This document shows positions 1 through 9,873 of a stretch of 64,000 nt of DNA, piece by piece. The position numbers and the translations under genes were made by a program. The stretch comes from an uncultured Phycisphaerales bacterium (GTDB taxonomy: Bacteria > Planctomycetota > B15-G4 > CAYZWU01): contig CAYZWU010000010.1 in assembly GCA_964482235.1 (NCBI GenBank), positions 74,392-138,391 on the forward strand, in the 5' to 3' direction. The number at the start of each line of letters is the position of its first letter. Position 1 is the first letter of the stretch. The notes beneath the pieces were generated by a model, which worked only from the letters and a program-made list of their open reading frames with translations, was not told the origin of the DNA and made no database searches.

Positions 1-128
1 AGCGAGAGATTTTGTGTTGGATCAAGGCGCCAAACCGCAGGCGAATCAGTGGATTCGCTGAGGATTTGGCAACGCAGAGCCGGCGCAAAAGATCCGTTTT
101 CGGCTCGAATGAATTTTTCAACGGTCTG
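1..128. mobile_element. MITE-like repeat family A, copy 1 (truncated by the window edge; inverted relative to copy 2)
   Basis: 1..112 is about 97% identical to the reverse complement of 13017..13112. The terminal arm ATTTTTCAACGGTCTG at 113..128 matches the copy-2 arms. Confidence 0.6.
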
Positions 129-289
129 CTAGGATGAAATTCGGGGATCGTGTGAGTGACGGTATGAAATGGCTTCTTCCTGCCAGCTGCCAGGCGTCGC
201 AGCTCCTCTTTCGACCCAGCTATTCTTCTCCGTCCACGCGGTTTTCCACGTGCCGGCGTCGGTGCTGGTTCGCAACCGATGCCACCAGA

Positions 290-868
290 TCACGATGACG
301 GTTTATCGAAGCAGTTCTTACCGTATGATCCCTCTTCCGTCTCCGTCGAGACCTTGTCAACTTCTCTCAGATCATCGATGCGCAGGATGACGACGTCTCC
401 GACCTTTTCCGTGGAGATTTCGACGCATACTTTCTTGACCTTGCTGCTGGCTTGGATGTCCGGATAGGCCTTGACCTTCACGATCGGTTTTCCCGTCTCG
501 AATGTTTTCTGGATGGAGTTTCGTATCGTACAGCTCTGGCAATGAATATCATTGCCGCAGCCGGCCGGTGTCTTCGAGTGGGAGCATTCGATCGCCACTC
601 CGCCCCTTTTTCCCTCGATATCTGCCAGGGACTTCTGAAGAAGAGCGCAGGCCTGGCTGTTTGCCGTACGCACCCTCACGTCGGGATCGAAGACAATTAC
701 CGGTACGCTGAGGGTGTCCAGGAGGGCACGAAGATCCAGACCCAGTTCGTCGCACAGGTATTCTTCCGCACAGGATTCGCAAAAGGTGTGGGTGATGACA
801 TCGTTTTCGGCTGCTTTCGAGGGAGTCGGCGACATCTCCGTGCCGCATCGACAGCAGATCAATCTCAT
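290..868 (-). CDS. hypothetical Cys-rich protein (N-terminal CxxC..CxxC zinc-ribbon-like motif, PAS-like middle region)
   Basis: 192-aa ORF with normal amino-acid composition and a CRCG..CESC motif. I recognise no family. Confidence 0.5.
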   Translation of the reverse strand: MRLICCRCGTEMSPTPSKAAENDVITHTFCESCAEEYLCDELGLDLRALLDTLSVPVIVFDPDVRVRTANSQACALLQKSLADIEGKRGGVAIECSHSKTPAGCGNDIHCQSCTIRNSIQKTFETGKPIVKVKAYPDIQASSKVKKVCVEISTEKVGDVVILRIDDLREVDKVSTETEEGSYGKNCFDKPSS

Positions 869-931
869 CTCAGATCTCCGTCCGGCTTGATCTCGATTCT
901 ATTCGGGGTGAGCGGGGATTTCCAGTCCTGA

Positions 932-1489
932 CTACTCGAGCTCCTTCTTCAGCCAGGCCTTGGCCATTTTCCAGTCGTACTTGACGGTCCGGGGTGAAAG
1001 GCCGATCACGCAGGCCGTCTCGTCCACCGTCAATCCTGCGAAGAACCTGAGCTCGACGATCTGGGCGAGGTTGGAATCCAGCTTGGCGAGCTTCTCGATC
1101 GCCTGGTCGAGCTCGATCGGATCGATCGCCGAATCGGTCCAGAACTCGTCCGCCATCTCGATGAGCTCCCTGCGGCGGCCGCCTCCTCCCTTCAGGGAAT
1201 TCTTCTTGCGGGCATGATCGATCAGGACGCGTCTCATGGCCGTGGCCGCGAGACGCATGTAGTGGGTCTTGTTGTTCAGCGGGTCGTTCTTCATGCCGCT
1301 CAGCCGGAGGTAGGCCTCGTGAACGAGGGCCGTGGTCTGCAGCGTGTGGCCCGCTCGCTCGTCGCGCATGAAATACGATGCCAGGGCGTGCAGCTCGTCG
1401 TAGATGAGCGGAAGCAGCTTTTCCTCCGCTTCGATCTTGCCTGAATTCAGATCTTCCAGGAGCTGGGTGATCTCTTTCTTGGAAGGCAA
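932..1489 (-). CDS. ECF-type RNA polymerase sigma factor (TIGR02999-like)
   Basis: Regions 2 and 4 are present; the motifs ALVHEAYLRL and IVELRFFAGLTVDETA match this family. Confidence 0.85.
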   Translation of the reverse strand: MPSKKEITQLLEDLNSGKIEAEEKLLPLIYDELHALASYFMRDERAGHTLQTTALVHEAYLRLSGMKNDPLNNKTHYMRLAATAMRRVLIDHARKKNSLKGGGGRRRELIEMADEFWTDSAIDPIELDQAIEKLAKLDSNLAQIVELRFFAGLTVDETACVIGLSPRTVKYDWKMAKAWLKKELE

Positions 1490-1592
1490 CTCGAAGAACC
1501 TCTATTCGATAAAAGGAAGATTCGAGGCGTTCCGAACCCCGCTGTTCGTCGCATCATCATCATAACCGATCCGCGGCCGGAGAAAAAGCCGC

Positions 1593-2369
1593 TCAATCGC
1601 CCGGCTTCGTCCTCGGCAGTTCGACGGTGAAACGTGTGATCCTGTCGCCGGGTGTGGAGATATCCAGTCCGCCGCCGAGGCTGTGGATGATCTTGTTCGC
1701 TACGAACACGGCCAGGTGGCTCCGGTCCGATCCGTCCGGTTCGTAGTACGGTTCGAGGGCTCGATCGATCGTCTCCTGCGTCAGCTCGATGCCGGTGCCG
1801 GTCACGTCGAAGACAACCCGGCGATCCTCGAGGCGCGATGACAGGACCACCGATGCCGTTTCCTTGTCGGCAACGTTGCCGAGCAGGGTGAGCAGGTATT
1901 CGGCCAGGTTCAGTAGCAGGGAGCGGACGGCGAGCTCCCAGCTCTCGAAGGTTCCGGTATCCGACTCCGCGCGCAGCGATATCTGAAGGTCTGCCGCGTG
2001 CCCCTCGAGCGTCGAATGCACCGCATCGAGGACCTCCTCGAGATCGACCGGTTCCCAGCTGACCTCGCGATCCTTCACGAAGTAGAGGAGGTGCGACACC
2101 GTCCTGTTGATGCGGGCGAGGTTCCGCTTCGCCATGCCGAAACCGCTGTCGATCCTGGTCTGGTCGCCCTTCTTCAGACCCGAGCTCGCAATGTACATGC
2201 CTCCGTCGATTCCGCTCAGAAGGCCCTTGAGGTCGTGGGCCAGGGAGCCGACGAGCTCCCCGATCGAGCCGATCACGGCATCGGGATCGTCAATCCTGCT
2301 GATCATCCGATTTTCCTTTCCTAGCAAGATGGTATGTGTCTCTTCATTATTCATGGAATCCGGGGACAA
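1593..2369 (-). CDS. cytoplasmic sensor histidine kinase (HisKA + HATPase_c)
   Basis: The H-box SLAHDLKG is present, and the C-terminal G-boxes GTGIEL and GGGLDIS fit an HATPase_c domain. Confidence 0.8.
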   Translation of the reverse strand: MSPDSMNNEETHTILLGKENRMISRIDDPDAVIGSIGELVGSLAHDLKGLLSGIDGGMYIASSGLKKGDQTRIDSGFGMAKRNLARINRTVSHLLYFVKDREVSWEPVDLEEVLDAVHSTLEGHAADLQISLRAESDTGTFESWELAVRSLLLNLAEYLLTLLGNVADKETASVVLSSRLEDRRVVFDVTGTGIELTQETIDRALEPYYEPDGSDRSHLAVFVANKIIHSLGGGLDISTPGDRITRFTVELPRTKPGD

Positions 2370-2441
2370 GCAATCCGTTCCGGTTCTTCTTTTTTGAATT
2401 TTGCGAAGCCACGCAACAGCGGCTCAGCTATCCTGATCTCC

Positions 2442-3590
2442 ATGAGAACTGTGAAAGTATCCCTCGTTCGACGGAACGGTTACGGCCCCGACGAGGTGCA
2501 TTCCTCGGTGATCGAGCTCCTTGCGCCCCTGGGCGGCATGACGGCTTTCGTCAAGCCGAACGACCGCGTCGTCCTCAAACCCAACATCATCATGGGCAGG
2601 GCTCCGGAACATGCCGTCACGACCCATCCCGACCTGGTGGCAGCCGTGGCGCGCCTCGCTCTCGACTGCGGCGCCAAGGTGGCTGTGGGCGATTCCCCCG
2701 GGATCGGAACGCTGCGCCGGGCCGGGGACAAGGCCGGAATCGGCGACGTCGTCAGGCGCCTCGGCCTCGAGTGGGTCGACTTCACACCCCGGGAGGTCTC
2801 CTTCGAGAACGGGACGTTCCGGAAGGTCGAGCTGGCTCGCGAGCTCCTGGAGGCTGATTGCGTCATCAACCTTCCGAAGCTGAAGAATCACTGCATGATG
2901 CTCCTGACCGCAGCGGTGAAGAACATGTTCGGCGCCGTCCTGGGATTGCAGAAGTTCCAGTGGCACCTGCGGGCGGGCCGCGACAAGGATTTCTTCGGGC
3001 GGGCCCTCTACGAGATCTGCAAGGCCGTCGGCCCCGCGCTCACGGTGGTGGATGCCGTTGTTTCCATGGACGGAGACGGTCCCACGGCGGGCAAGCCGAA
3101 TCCCACCGGCTTCCTGGCAGCGGGCGTCGATCCCTCGGCCGTGGACGCCGTTCTCATGGACATCGTCGGCTGGTCGCGCCGCGACCTCTGGACGCTGCGC
3201 GCCGCCGCCGAGGCGGGAGATCTGGGCTGGGAGTCGGCCGAGACGGTGGGGGCGGCGCCGACCGATCTCAGGCCGGAGCGCTGGACCGCGCCCGCCTCGC
3301 AATCGGCCGCCCTTCCCCTGCCTCCGATCTTCATGCGGATCCCCTATTTCCAGGGCTGGCTGAGAAACCAGACAACGGCGCGGCCGCACTGCGACAGCGA
3401 GGCCTGCACGCGATGCGGCGAGTGCGCTGCCATCTGCCCGGCGCAGGTCATGACCGTGGTCGACAGCGGCGTGGCCATCGACCACGACAGGTGCATCCTC
3501 TGCTACTGCTGCCACGAGAACTGCCGGCAGAAGGCGATCTCGCTGCGCAAGGGTTTTCTGGGAAGGCTGTTCTCCTCGAGCGGAAGCTGA
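2442..3590 (+). CDS. DUF362 domain protein with a C-terminal 2x[4Fe-4S] ferredoxin domain
   Basis: The N-terminus MRTVKVSLVRR..VKPN is typical of DUF362. The C-terminus has CTRCGECAAICP and CILCYCCHENC cluster motifs. The ATG at 2442 sits downstream of the listed TTG-type ORF start. Confidence 0.85.
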   Translation: MRTVKVSLVRRNGYGPDEVHSSVIELLAPLGGMTAFVKPNDRVVLKPNIIMGRAPEHAVTTHPDLVAAVARLALDCGAKVAVGDSPGIGTLRRAGDKAGIGDVVRRLGLEWVDFTPREVSFENGTFRKVELARELLEADCVINLPKLKNHCMMLLTAAVKNMFGAVLGLQKFQWHLRAGRDKDFFGRALYEICKAVGPALTVVDAVVSMDGDGPTAGKPNPTGFLAAGVDPSAVDAVLMDIVGWSRRDLWTLRAAAEAGDLGWESAETVGAAPTDLRPERWTAPASQSAALPLPPIFMRIPYFQGWLRNQTTARPHCDSEACTRCGECAAICPAQVMTVVDSGVAIDHDRCILCYCCHENCRQKAISLRKGFLGRLFSSSGS

Positions 3591-3638
3591 CGCACTCCGG
3601 CTCGCCTGCGCTCAACGTTATTTTGCACCGTCAGGGTT

Positions 3639-4760
3639 TTACTCGCAGAGCCGGTCCTCGAGAGGGCTCAAGGGGGGGAGTTCGTTTTCCGGCCTGTCGA
3701 GATAGAAGTAGGCGCAGCTCGACCAGTCGTCCTCCCGTTCGAAGAGACCGTAGGGCTCGAAGCTCTCCTTGCCGGAAAAATCGAGCTCCTTGCGGCCCGG
3801 TCCGGCGGCATGGACCGGATCCCCTTTCCTGTGGAGCAGCGGGGTGGTCCCCGGCGACCAGCAGCCGATCTGCTGGATCGTCGCACGGATCTCCTTCCGG
3901 AAGTAGACGGGATCGGGGATGTGGTAGCGGTAGAAGCAGTACTTCATCTGCTCGTGGTCCGCCACGTGGCAACCGGTGAAGAGGTTGTCGTACCGCCCCT
4001 GGCCCCACCCGGTGCCGATGTAATCCTCCGTGCCTGTGCCGCACAGCGTGGGATGGGTGGTGTCGCCGTCGAGATAGAACTTGACCTCGCCTTCGCCCCA
4101 CCAGGAGGTGAAGTAGCGCTCCCTGTCCGCAGCGACACCCATGTTCACGCCGAGAAAGCGGCCCCGGCCCTCCACGCGCGGCAGGAACTCGTAGTCGCGC
4201 TGCATGGTGGTGGGATTCTCCCGGCACCAGTGGGCGTGGAAGAAGAGGGTTTCGTCATGATGCCGATCGCCCACGGTGAAGTTGACGTCGTAGAAGAAGT
4301 AGCCGAGCTGGGTGTCCGTCTCGTTGGTGACCGTGATCCGCATCCCGCTCCGGAACGGCATGGGGAGGTAGCAGCAGAAGCTCCGTCCTTCCGGACTGGC
4401 GAAGGCGGCCGATTCGAAGCGCGCCGTCCTGCCGAGGCCGGTGCCGAAGAAGTCGCCGAGAGGCACGCTCACGGCCGGCCGGCCGGCGCCGTCCCAGAAG
4501 ATGTCGAGACGCAGCCCGCGGAGCATGAGAGGAACTCTCTCGTTGATGGTGACCCAGATCCGGCGGATCATGCCGCTCGTCCCGGAGGCATGGGCCAGTA
4601 CCCGCTCTTCCCCAGGCTTCAGGGGAAACCAGGCGGCGCCCTTCCGCCCGGCGTTCTCCTTTCCCGACACGCCTTTCGCCGTGTCGGGATTTTCCGGGCT
4701 GGCCCAGCGTGTCTCCACGCCCTCGGGGATCAGGTAAAACGGCTCCGTTGAAAACAGCAT
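3639..4760 (-). CDS. glycoside hydrolase family 172 protein (DUF2961)
   Basis: It carries the WWGEGE..DGD..GTGTEDY core of DUF2961 and is a paralog of the gene at 10797..12818. Confidence 0.85.
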   Translation of the reverse strand: MLFSTEPFYLIPEGVETRWASPENPDTAKGVSGKENAGRKGAAWFPLKPGEERVLAHASGTSGMIRRIWVTINERVPLMLRGLRLDIFWDGAGRPAVSVPLGDFFGTGLGRTARFESAAFASPEGRSFCCYLPMPFRSGMRITVTNETDTQLGYFFYDVNFTVGDRHHDETLFFHAHWCRENPTTMQRDYEFLPRVEGRGRFLGVNMGVAADRERYFTSWWGEGEVKFYLDGDTTHPTLCGTGTEDYIGTGWGQGRYDNLFTGCHVADHEQMKYCFYRYHIPDPVYFRKEIRATIQQIGCWSPGTTPLLHRKGDPVHAAGPGRKELDFSGKESFEPYGLFEREDDWSSCAYFYLDRPENELPPLSPLEDRLCE

Positions 4761-4787
4761 CTCTTCTCCCTTGATTTCTGCGGTTCC

Positions 4788-5648
4788 TCAGCGACCTTCC
4801 ACATGATTTTCCAGCAGGCCGATGCCAGAGATCTCGACAGACACCCTGTCTCCCTCTTCCAGCCGCACCGGCGGATCCCTGTAGATCCCGACGCCGCCCG
4901 GCGTTCCCGTGGAGATCAGGTCGCCGGGATGGAGAGTCATGGTGCGGGACAGGTAGGAAACGAGGAACGGCACGGTGAAGATCAGGTTGGAGGTGTTGCT
5001 CTTCTGGCGCAACTCGCCGTTCACGCGGCATGATATATCCAGGGTGTGAGGATCGGCGATCTCGTCCCTCGTCACGATCCACGGTCCGGCGGGGGCGAAG
5101 GTGTCGTAACCCTTGGCGCGGGTCCACTGCTTTTCCGAGTTCTGCGTGTCGCGCCCGGAGACGTCGTTGAGAATCGTGTAACCGGCCACGTGGTCGTACG
5201 CCTTGTCTTCAGGGACCTGCGATGCCTCACGTCCGATCACCACGGCCATCTCGGCCTCCGGATCGGTGAATGTCTCGAACTCGGGATCGGGCAGGCGAAT
5301 CGCCTCGCCGGGGCCGATCAGGGCGGATGTCACCTTGGCGAAGACCAGCGGCTTCTTCGGGAGCGGCTTGTTCTGCTCCTCCGCGTGGTCCCTGTAGTTC
5401 AGGCCGAGGCAGAGGATCTTCGTGGGATCGACCACCGGGGGAGCGATCCGGGTGCTTTCCAGCGGGATGCACTGCGATCGGTCGACGGCGCCCGGTCCGG
5501 GCATGCTGTCGAGAAGACCGCGCTCGAGGAGCTCGCGCATCGATTGCGGGTGGCGCGGGAGCGTCTGCGTGAGGTCGAGGATAAAGGTATCGTCCACGAG
5601 GAGGCCCGGGCGTTCCTGCCCGTGGGGCCCGAAGCTGAGGAGTTTCAT
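4788..5648 (-). CDS. fumarylacetoacetate hydrolase (FAH) family protein
   Basis: The motifs KILCLGLNY and LISTGTPGGVG match the FAH family. Its stop overlaps the next start in ATGA fashion. Confidence 0.85.
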   Translation of the reverse strand: MKLLSFGPHGQERPGLLVDDTFILDLTQTLPRHPQSMRELLERGLLDSMPGPGAVDRSQCIPLESTRIAPPVVDPTKILCLGLNYRDHAEEQNKPLPKKPLVFAKVTSALIGPGEAIRLPDPEFETFTDPEAEMAVVIGREASQVPEDKAYDHVAGYTILNDVSGRDTQNSEKQWTRAKGYDTFAPAGPWIVTRDEIADPHTLDISCRVNGELRQKSNTSNLIFTVPFLVSYLSRTMTLHPGDLISTGTPGGVGIYRDPPVRLEEGDRVSVEISGIGLLENHVEGR

Positions 5649-6412
5649 CTGGCCGAGCTCCTTTCATCGTCGCTTGTCCCGCCGGTTTGATCGTTGCAGC
5701 CGGGTGTCCGGCTTTCCTTGTCATGCTCCTTCATGCGGGCGGGATCTTTGAGTCTTCCCACCATGTTGATCATGGTGGGGGGGAAAACGTATCTGTAGCG
5801 GCAGAGCCAGTGGAACCGGCCGAGCAGGCCGGCCAGCCGCATGAGAGCCACATCGAAAGCGCGCAATCTTTTGCCGCGCCGGAGATGCCAGCGAGGGCTT
5901 TGCGGGCTGATCCTGGTGAGATCGTGCTTCAGGGGAATCCTGTCATCCGGACACGACGTGGCGGCGTGCCCCAGCTCGAGATCGAACTCGATCCGTGGAA
6001 AGAGCTTCCGGATCCCCTCCGGGGTGAAGCGCCAGAGGTCCGAGGGAAACCCGTGGATCTTCCAGGCAAAGGGTGCGGAGATGAAGATCACGCCGTCGGG
6101 CGCCAGCAGGCGGACGATGTTGTTCGCCATGGCGAAGGGCTGCTCGCAGTGTTCGAGTACGCTGAGGCAGAAGATCGTGCGGAATCGAATCCCTCCCACG
6201 GCGCGGTCGATCTCCTCGAAGGGGTGGGTGAAGTCCAGCACGACGTCCACACCCCTGCCCGGGCTCATGTCCACGCCGAGCCAGGGTTCTTCGGGAAAGA
6301 GCTCGTGCAGAAGGCATGGCGCTCCGTAATCCTTTGATCCGATCTCCAGGAACGGGGCGGAGAAGAGCACCCGGTGCTCCTGGATGAAGTTGAGCTGGTT
6401 CAGGTCTCCCAT
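5645..6412 (-). CDS. class I SAM-dependent methyltransferase
   Basis: The VLDFT..LSVLEH..APDGVIFIS pattern matches a Methyltransf_11-type fold. Confidence 0.8.
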   Translation of the reverse strand: MGDLNQLNFIQEHRVLFSAPFLEIGSKDYGAPCLLHELFPEEPWLGVDMSPGRGVDVVLDFTHPFEEIDRAVGGIRFRTIFCLSVLEHCEQPFAMANNIVRLLAPDGVIFISAPFAWKIHGFPSDLWRFTPEGIRKLFPRIEFDLELGHAATSCPDDRIPLKHDLTRISPQSPRWHLRRGKRLRAFDVALMRLAGLLGRFHWLCRYRYVFPPTMINMVGRLKDPARMKEHDKESRTPGCNDQTGGTSDDERSSAR

Positions 6413-6421
6413 TCCGATTCC

Positions 6422-6625
6422 TCACAAAGAACTCATTTTTTCCTGATCTCGAAAACGAGCTCGTTGCTCATGAGGGAGCACGGTGTGCTTTGCCGCACCT
6501 GTCGCCGTAATCTCGAGCGTGAGCTCGGCAGGGGGAGGGACATTGCAGGTGCCTTGTTTGCAGGCGGAAAAAGCCGGCAGAATCAGTATCGCGGTCACGA
6601 GCGAGCAAAGCTGTCTTGTCAGCAT
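6422..6625 (-). CDS. small putative lipoprotein
   Basis: 67-aa ORF with a signal peptide and an LPAFSAC lipobox. Support is weak. Confidence 0.3.
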   Translation of the reverse strand: MLTRQLCSLVTAILILPAFSACKQGTCNVPPPAELTLEITATGAAKHTVLPHEQRARFRDQEKMSSL

Positions 6626-6652
6626 CGTCCATACCTCCGTACATGAAACCGG

Positions 6653-7201
6653 TCAGCGAAACCTGACAAAGAGTCGAACGACCCATACGGTCATATAGAC
6701 GAAATAAATACCCATCAGGATCCACAATAATAAACCGAGACGCGGTTCGCCTTCCATTGCATTCACGTTGACGACGATGATCTGCTGGAAGACGAGTGCG
6801 ATCAAGGCGAGCGTGGCGTTGCCGGCGTGGAGCATCTGGCGCGAGAGGTACGCGAGGGACTCCTCTTTCCTTTCCGGCGCAAGCCAGTATTTCTTGTTCG
6901 GCATGTTGATCAGCGAGGGAGGGATCCGGGGAAGAAACCGGGAGATGCCGATGAAGATCAACGCGGTGAAGGCGACCATGACGGCGTAGAGGACGACAAA
7001 GGCCGTCTTGCCGCTGCTGCCGTTCGGTGTGCCGTCGAAGTCGAAGTTGTCCGCCACCTCGTCGGGAAGCCTGGGGGCATAGGTGACGATCTGGATCACG
7101 ATCAGCGCGACGATGATCGCGAAGGTCATGATGGCGGCCGAGCTCCGGGACGAGGCGGAACCGCCGACCATGCCCGGTGCTTCCTTTTCGTTTTTTCTCA
7201 T
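6653..7201 (-). CDS. integral membrane protein (DUF1648-like)
   Basis: Only the C-terminal 182 aa of the 427-aa ORF look real: they have three or four TM helices and start at MRKNEKE. The upstream part is Arg/Pro-rich shadow. Confidence 0.6.
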   Translation of the reverse strand: MRKNEKEAPGMVGGSASSRSSAAIMTFAIIVALIVIQIVTYAPRLPDEVADNFDFDGTPNGSSGKTAFVVLYAVMVAFTALIFIGISRFLPRIPPSLINMPNKKYWLAPERKEESLAYLSRQMLHAGNATLALIALVFQQIIVVNVNAMEGEPRLGLLLWILMGIYFVYMTVWVVRLFVRFR

Positions 7202-8013
7202 GGTCTTTCGTCCTCGTCCTGCCGGGCGCGGCGAATCCGTTCGGCCGGATCCTGCCGGTAGAAGCCCATCAGGAGATCGTACAGCTTTCGATGCCGCCTG
7301 GCAAAGGCGAGCGGTCTCTCGAAGAAGCACTCGGTGCAGACGGCAAAGAACTCGGCCGGATTTTCCGCCCCGTACTGATCGAGGAGCGTGGCCCGGTCGA
7401 GCCGCGACTGCTCCACGAGCTTCTCGAACTCGACGGTCATCACGTCGCCCCACTCCTCGTACTCCTCGCGGCTTTCCAGGGGAGGCGTGCCGTTGATCAT
7501 CCCGTCCAGCATGTCGAGCTGGTGGGCGAACTCGTGAAAGACCACGTTGATGCCGTGATGAAGGAGGCGGTCCCGCCGCTGCACGTCGGCCCAGGAGAGG
7601 ACGACGGGGCCTCTGTGCCACGCCTCGCCGAGATGGCCCTGCAGATCGATGCTCATCGTTCCGGCCGGGCCGACCCTCCTGTCCTCCACGAAGAACTCGG
7701 CCGGATAGACGAGAATCGTCTGCACGTGGTCGAACCGAGTTCTTCTCGTCTCGAGGACGAGGAGGCAGGCCTGGGCTGCAATGATCACCTTCATCCTGTC
7801 GGTGATCTCGAGTCCGCGGCATCCTTCCCACTCCTTCTCGTGGATGAAGATCTGCACCAGGTCGCGCAGCCTGGAGCGCTCCCCCGGGCTCAGGAGAGCG
7901 TAGAAGGACAGGTTCAGACGGAGGTGACGGTGCCACTCGTCGGGGAACGGGTCGGCCAGCAGCTTGCGGTGACGGCGCTTTCTCAGCCAGGAGAAGAAGA
8001 AGTTCAGGACCAT
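7198..8013 (-). CDS. zinc-dependent peptidase, M90 family (MtfA-like)
   Basis: The HEFAHQLD zinc motif matches the M90/MtfA family. I chose the start at MVLNFF to avoid overlap with the sulfatase gene. Confidence 0.75.
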   Translation of the reverse strand: MVLNFFFSWLRKRRHRKLLADPFPDEWHRHLRLNLSFYALLSPGERSRLRDLVQIFIHEKEWEGCRGLEITDRMKVIIAAQACLLVLETRRTRFDHVQTILVYPAEFFVEDRRVGPAGTMSIDLQGHLGEAWHRGPVVLSWADVQRRDRLLHHGINVVFHEFAHQLDMLDGMINGTPPLESREEYEEWGDVMTVEFEKLVEQSRLDRATLLDQYGAENPAEFFAVCTECFFERPLAFARRHRKLYDLLMGFYRQDPAERIRRARQDEDERP

Positions 8014-8014
8014 C

Positions 8015-9427
8015 TCAGCGATACTTCTTTCCTGCCGGCATCTCCGGCTCGATCTGCTCGACCGGGTCGACACGGTTGGCCGCTATCCACGCGGTCAGCC
8101 CGGCCACCACCTCGGGATGCTCTGCGGCGACGTCGGTCGTCTCGCCGATGTCTCGGGAAAGATCGTAGAGCTCCCAGGGCTTGCTCTGCCTGTGGCGCAG
8201 CATCTTCCACCTGCCTCTGCGGACGGCCTGCATCAGGCCTTCGGCGGGATACGATTTCTTGCCCCAGTTGTAGAGCGGCCACTCCCAGTAGAGGCAGTCG
8301 TGCTCGGCCTGAGCGCCGCTGCCCAGGAGAGTGGGGGCGAAGGAGATGCCGTCGGTCCCGTCGGGCACGAGCTCCGGCATGCCGGCCAGGTCGGCCAGCG
8401 TGGGCATCAGGTCGGGAAAGTAGCAGGGCAGGCTGCTCTCCGACCGGGCTGCGATCTTTCCGGGCCAGCGGGCGATCATGGGGACGCGGAGCCCGCCCTC
8501 GTACATGTCGCGCTTTCTCCCCCTGAGCGGTCCCGATGAATCGTGGATGCCCTCCAGCCGGTTGTCCGTGCCGTTGTCCGAGCAAAAGAAGACGATCGTG
8601 TCCTCGGTGATCCCGAGCTCCTCGAGCAGCTCGAATACCTCTCCCACGTGCCTGTCCACCATGGTGTCCATGGCCGCCACGGTCTTCGCTCTCGCGGGCC
8701 AGTCCCTGTCCCTGTATCGCGCGACGGCCGGTTCGTCCTCGGGGATCACGTAATGGCCGTGGGGAGGGGTCCAAGGTGCATAGCAGAAGAACGGCTGATC
8801 GGCGTTCGACCGGATGAACTTCTTCATCTCCTCGAATATCACGTAATGGGAATAGACGGCCTTGCCCTTGTTCTCGTTCCCCGGCAGCATCACCTTCTCC
8901 CCGTTGCGCACGAGGTACTCGGGATAGTAGTCGTGGGCGTGGATCTGATGGTAGTAGCCGAAGAAGATGTCGAAGCCCTGCTTTTCCGGCGTCCCGGCGG
9001 TGCCGATGTCGCCGAGCCCCCATTTCCCGAAGCCGCCGGTGGCATAGCCCGCCCTTTTCAGGACCTCGGCCACGGTGGGATCGGAGTCGCGCAGGGAGAT
9101 GCCGCCCGTGTTGCCGCGCACCGACGAGTGTCCCGAGTGGCGGCCTGTCATCAAGGTGCATCGCGCCGGCGCACAGACCGTGTTTCCCGAGTAGGCGTCC
9201 GTGAACCGCATGCCCTCCGCGGCCATCCGGTCGATCGCGGGCGTATGGATCGCTTGCGAGCCGTAGCAGCCCGTGTCGGCGTACCCCATGTCGTCGACCA
9301 TGATGAAGATGATGTTCGGAGGGCGTCTCCCCTCGTCGAGCAGGGGGATCGAGCAGCCCGGCAGTGCGAGGCCTGCGGCGCCGAATCCCATGGCCTTGAC
9401 GAAATCGCGTCGGTTGATGTTCTTCAT
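8015..9427 (-). CDS. arylsulfatase with Tat signal and lipobox
   Basis: The RRDFVK twin-arginine signal is followed by the sulfatase signature CAPARCTLMTGR (C-x-P-x-R). Confidence 0.9.
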   Translation of the reverse strand: MKNINRRDFVKAMGFGAAGLALPGCSIPLLDEGRRPPNIIFIMVDDMGYADTGCYGSQAIHTPAIDRMAAEGMRFTDAYSGNTVCAPARCTLMTGRHSGHSSVRGNTGGISLRDSDPTVAEVLKRAGYATGGFGKWGLGDIGTAGTPEKQGFDIFFGYYHQIHAHDYYPEYLVRNGEKVMLPGNENKGKAVYSHYVIFEEMKKFIRSNADQPFFCYAPWTPPHGHYVIPEDEPAVARYRDRDWPARAKTVAAMDTMVDRHVGEVFELLEELGITEDTIVFFCSDNGTDNRLEGIHDSSGPLRGRKRDMYEGGLRVPMIARWPGKIAARSESSLPCYFPDLMPTLADLAGMPELVPDGTDGISFAPTLLGSGAQAEHDCLYWEWPLYNWGKKSYPAEGLMQAVRRGRWKMLRHRQSKPWELYDLSRDIGETTDVAAEHPEVVAGLTAWIAANRVDPVEQIEPEMPAGKKYR

Positions 9428-9873
9428 CTGTCAGCGCATCCTCTTGAATTCCGCGGCCGGCCGGAGAGTCTGTTGACGGTGAGCTCGCACATGATCTCCG
9501 GGAGGAAGTGGCTATCCATGGAGGCGTAGTAGAGATCGGTCGGCGGGCCGCCGCTGCCCGATCCGGTCCAGCAGGGAATCGGATCGACGTCGCCCACGAG
9601 AAGAAGGATCGAGGGAGGGATGATCCATGTGTTGTAGGCGTTCTGTCCAGTGGTGTTCGTGTCGACGAGGGTCACATCGAAGCCCTGGGAGCTCCTGAGA
9701 TTGATCAGGTCGTGCAGCCCGGCGCCGCCCGTGAAACGGGGGGCCGATATCACGAGGTATCCGCCTGTCCGTGACGGCATGGAGATCCTGCAGCCGGGGT
9801 CCGTCGACGAGGTCTGCCCCGCAGCCGGCAATACCCAGAAAAGAAGCAGGAGGCAGAATTGAATCGGTGTCAT
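9424..9873 (-). CDS. secreted hypothetical protein
   Basis: The signal peptide is MTPIQFCLLLLFWVLPAAG. Its stop and the rhomboid start overlap by 4 nt. Confidence 0.5.
   Translation of the reverse strand: MTPIQFCLLLLFWVLPAAGQTSSTDPGCRISMPSRTGGYLVISAPRFTGGAGLHDLINLRSSQGFDVTLVDTNTTGQNAYNTWIIPPSILLLVGDVDPIPCWTGSGSGGPPTDLYYASMDSHFLPEIMCELTVNRLSGRPRNSRGCADR

Noticed and set aside
2424-3515. 363-aa ORF antisense to the DUF362 gene. Similar long antisense or shadow ORFs occur at 2858..3979, 3810..4751, 4255..5127, 8004..9161, 10140..11390, 11433..12848, 16281..17873, 36409..37530, 40072..42063, 56025..57011, 57198..58394, 61938..63380 and 63181..63963.
   Set aside because: Their translations are Arg/Pro/Gly/Ala-rich and low-complexity, which is typical of the high-GC reading-frame artefact. 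Each overlaps a gene with clear family signatures on the other strand.
6653-7936. Full 427-aa ORF.
   Set aside because: Only the last 182 aa, from MRKNEKE at 7201, form a plausible membrane protein. The N-terminal 245 aa are Arg/Pro-rich and overlap the MtfA-like gene.
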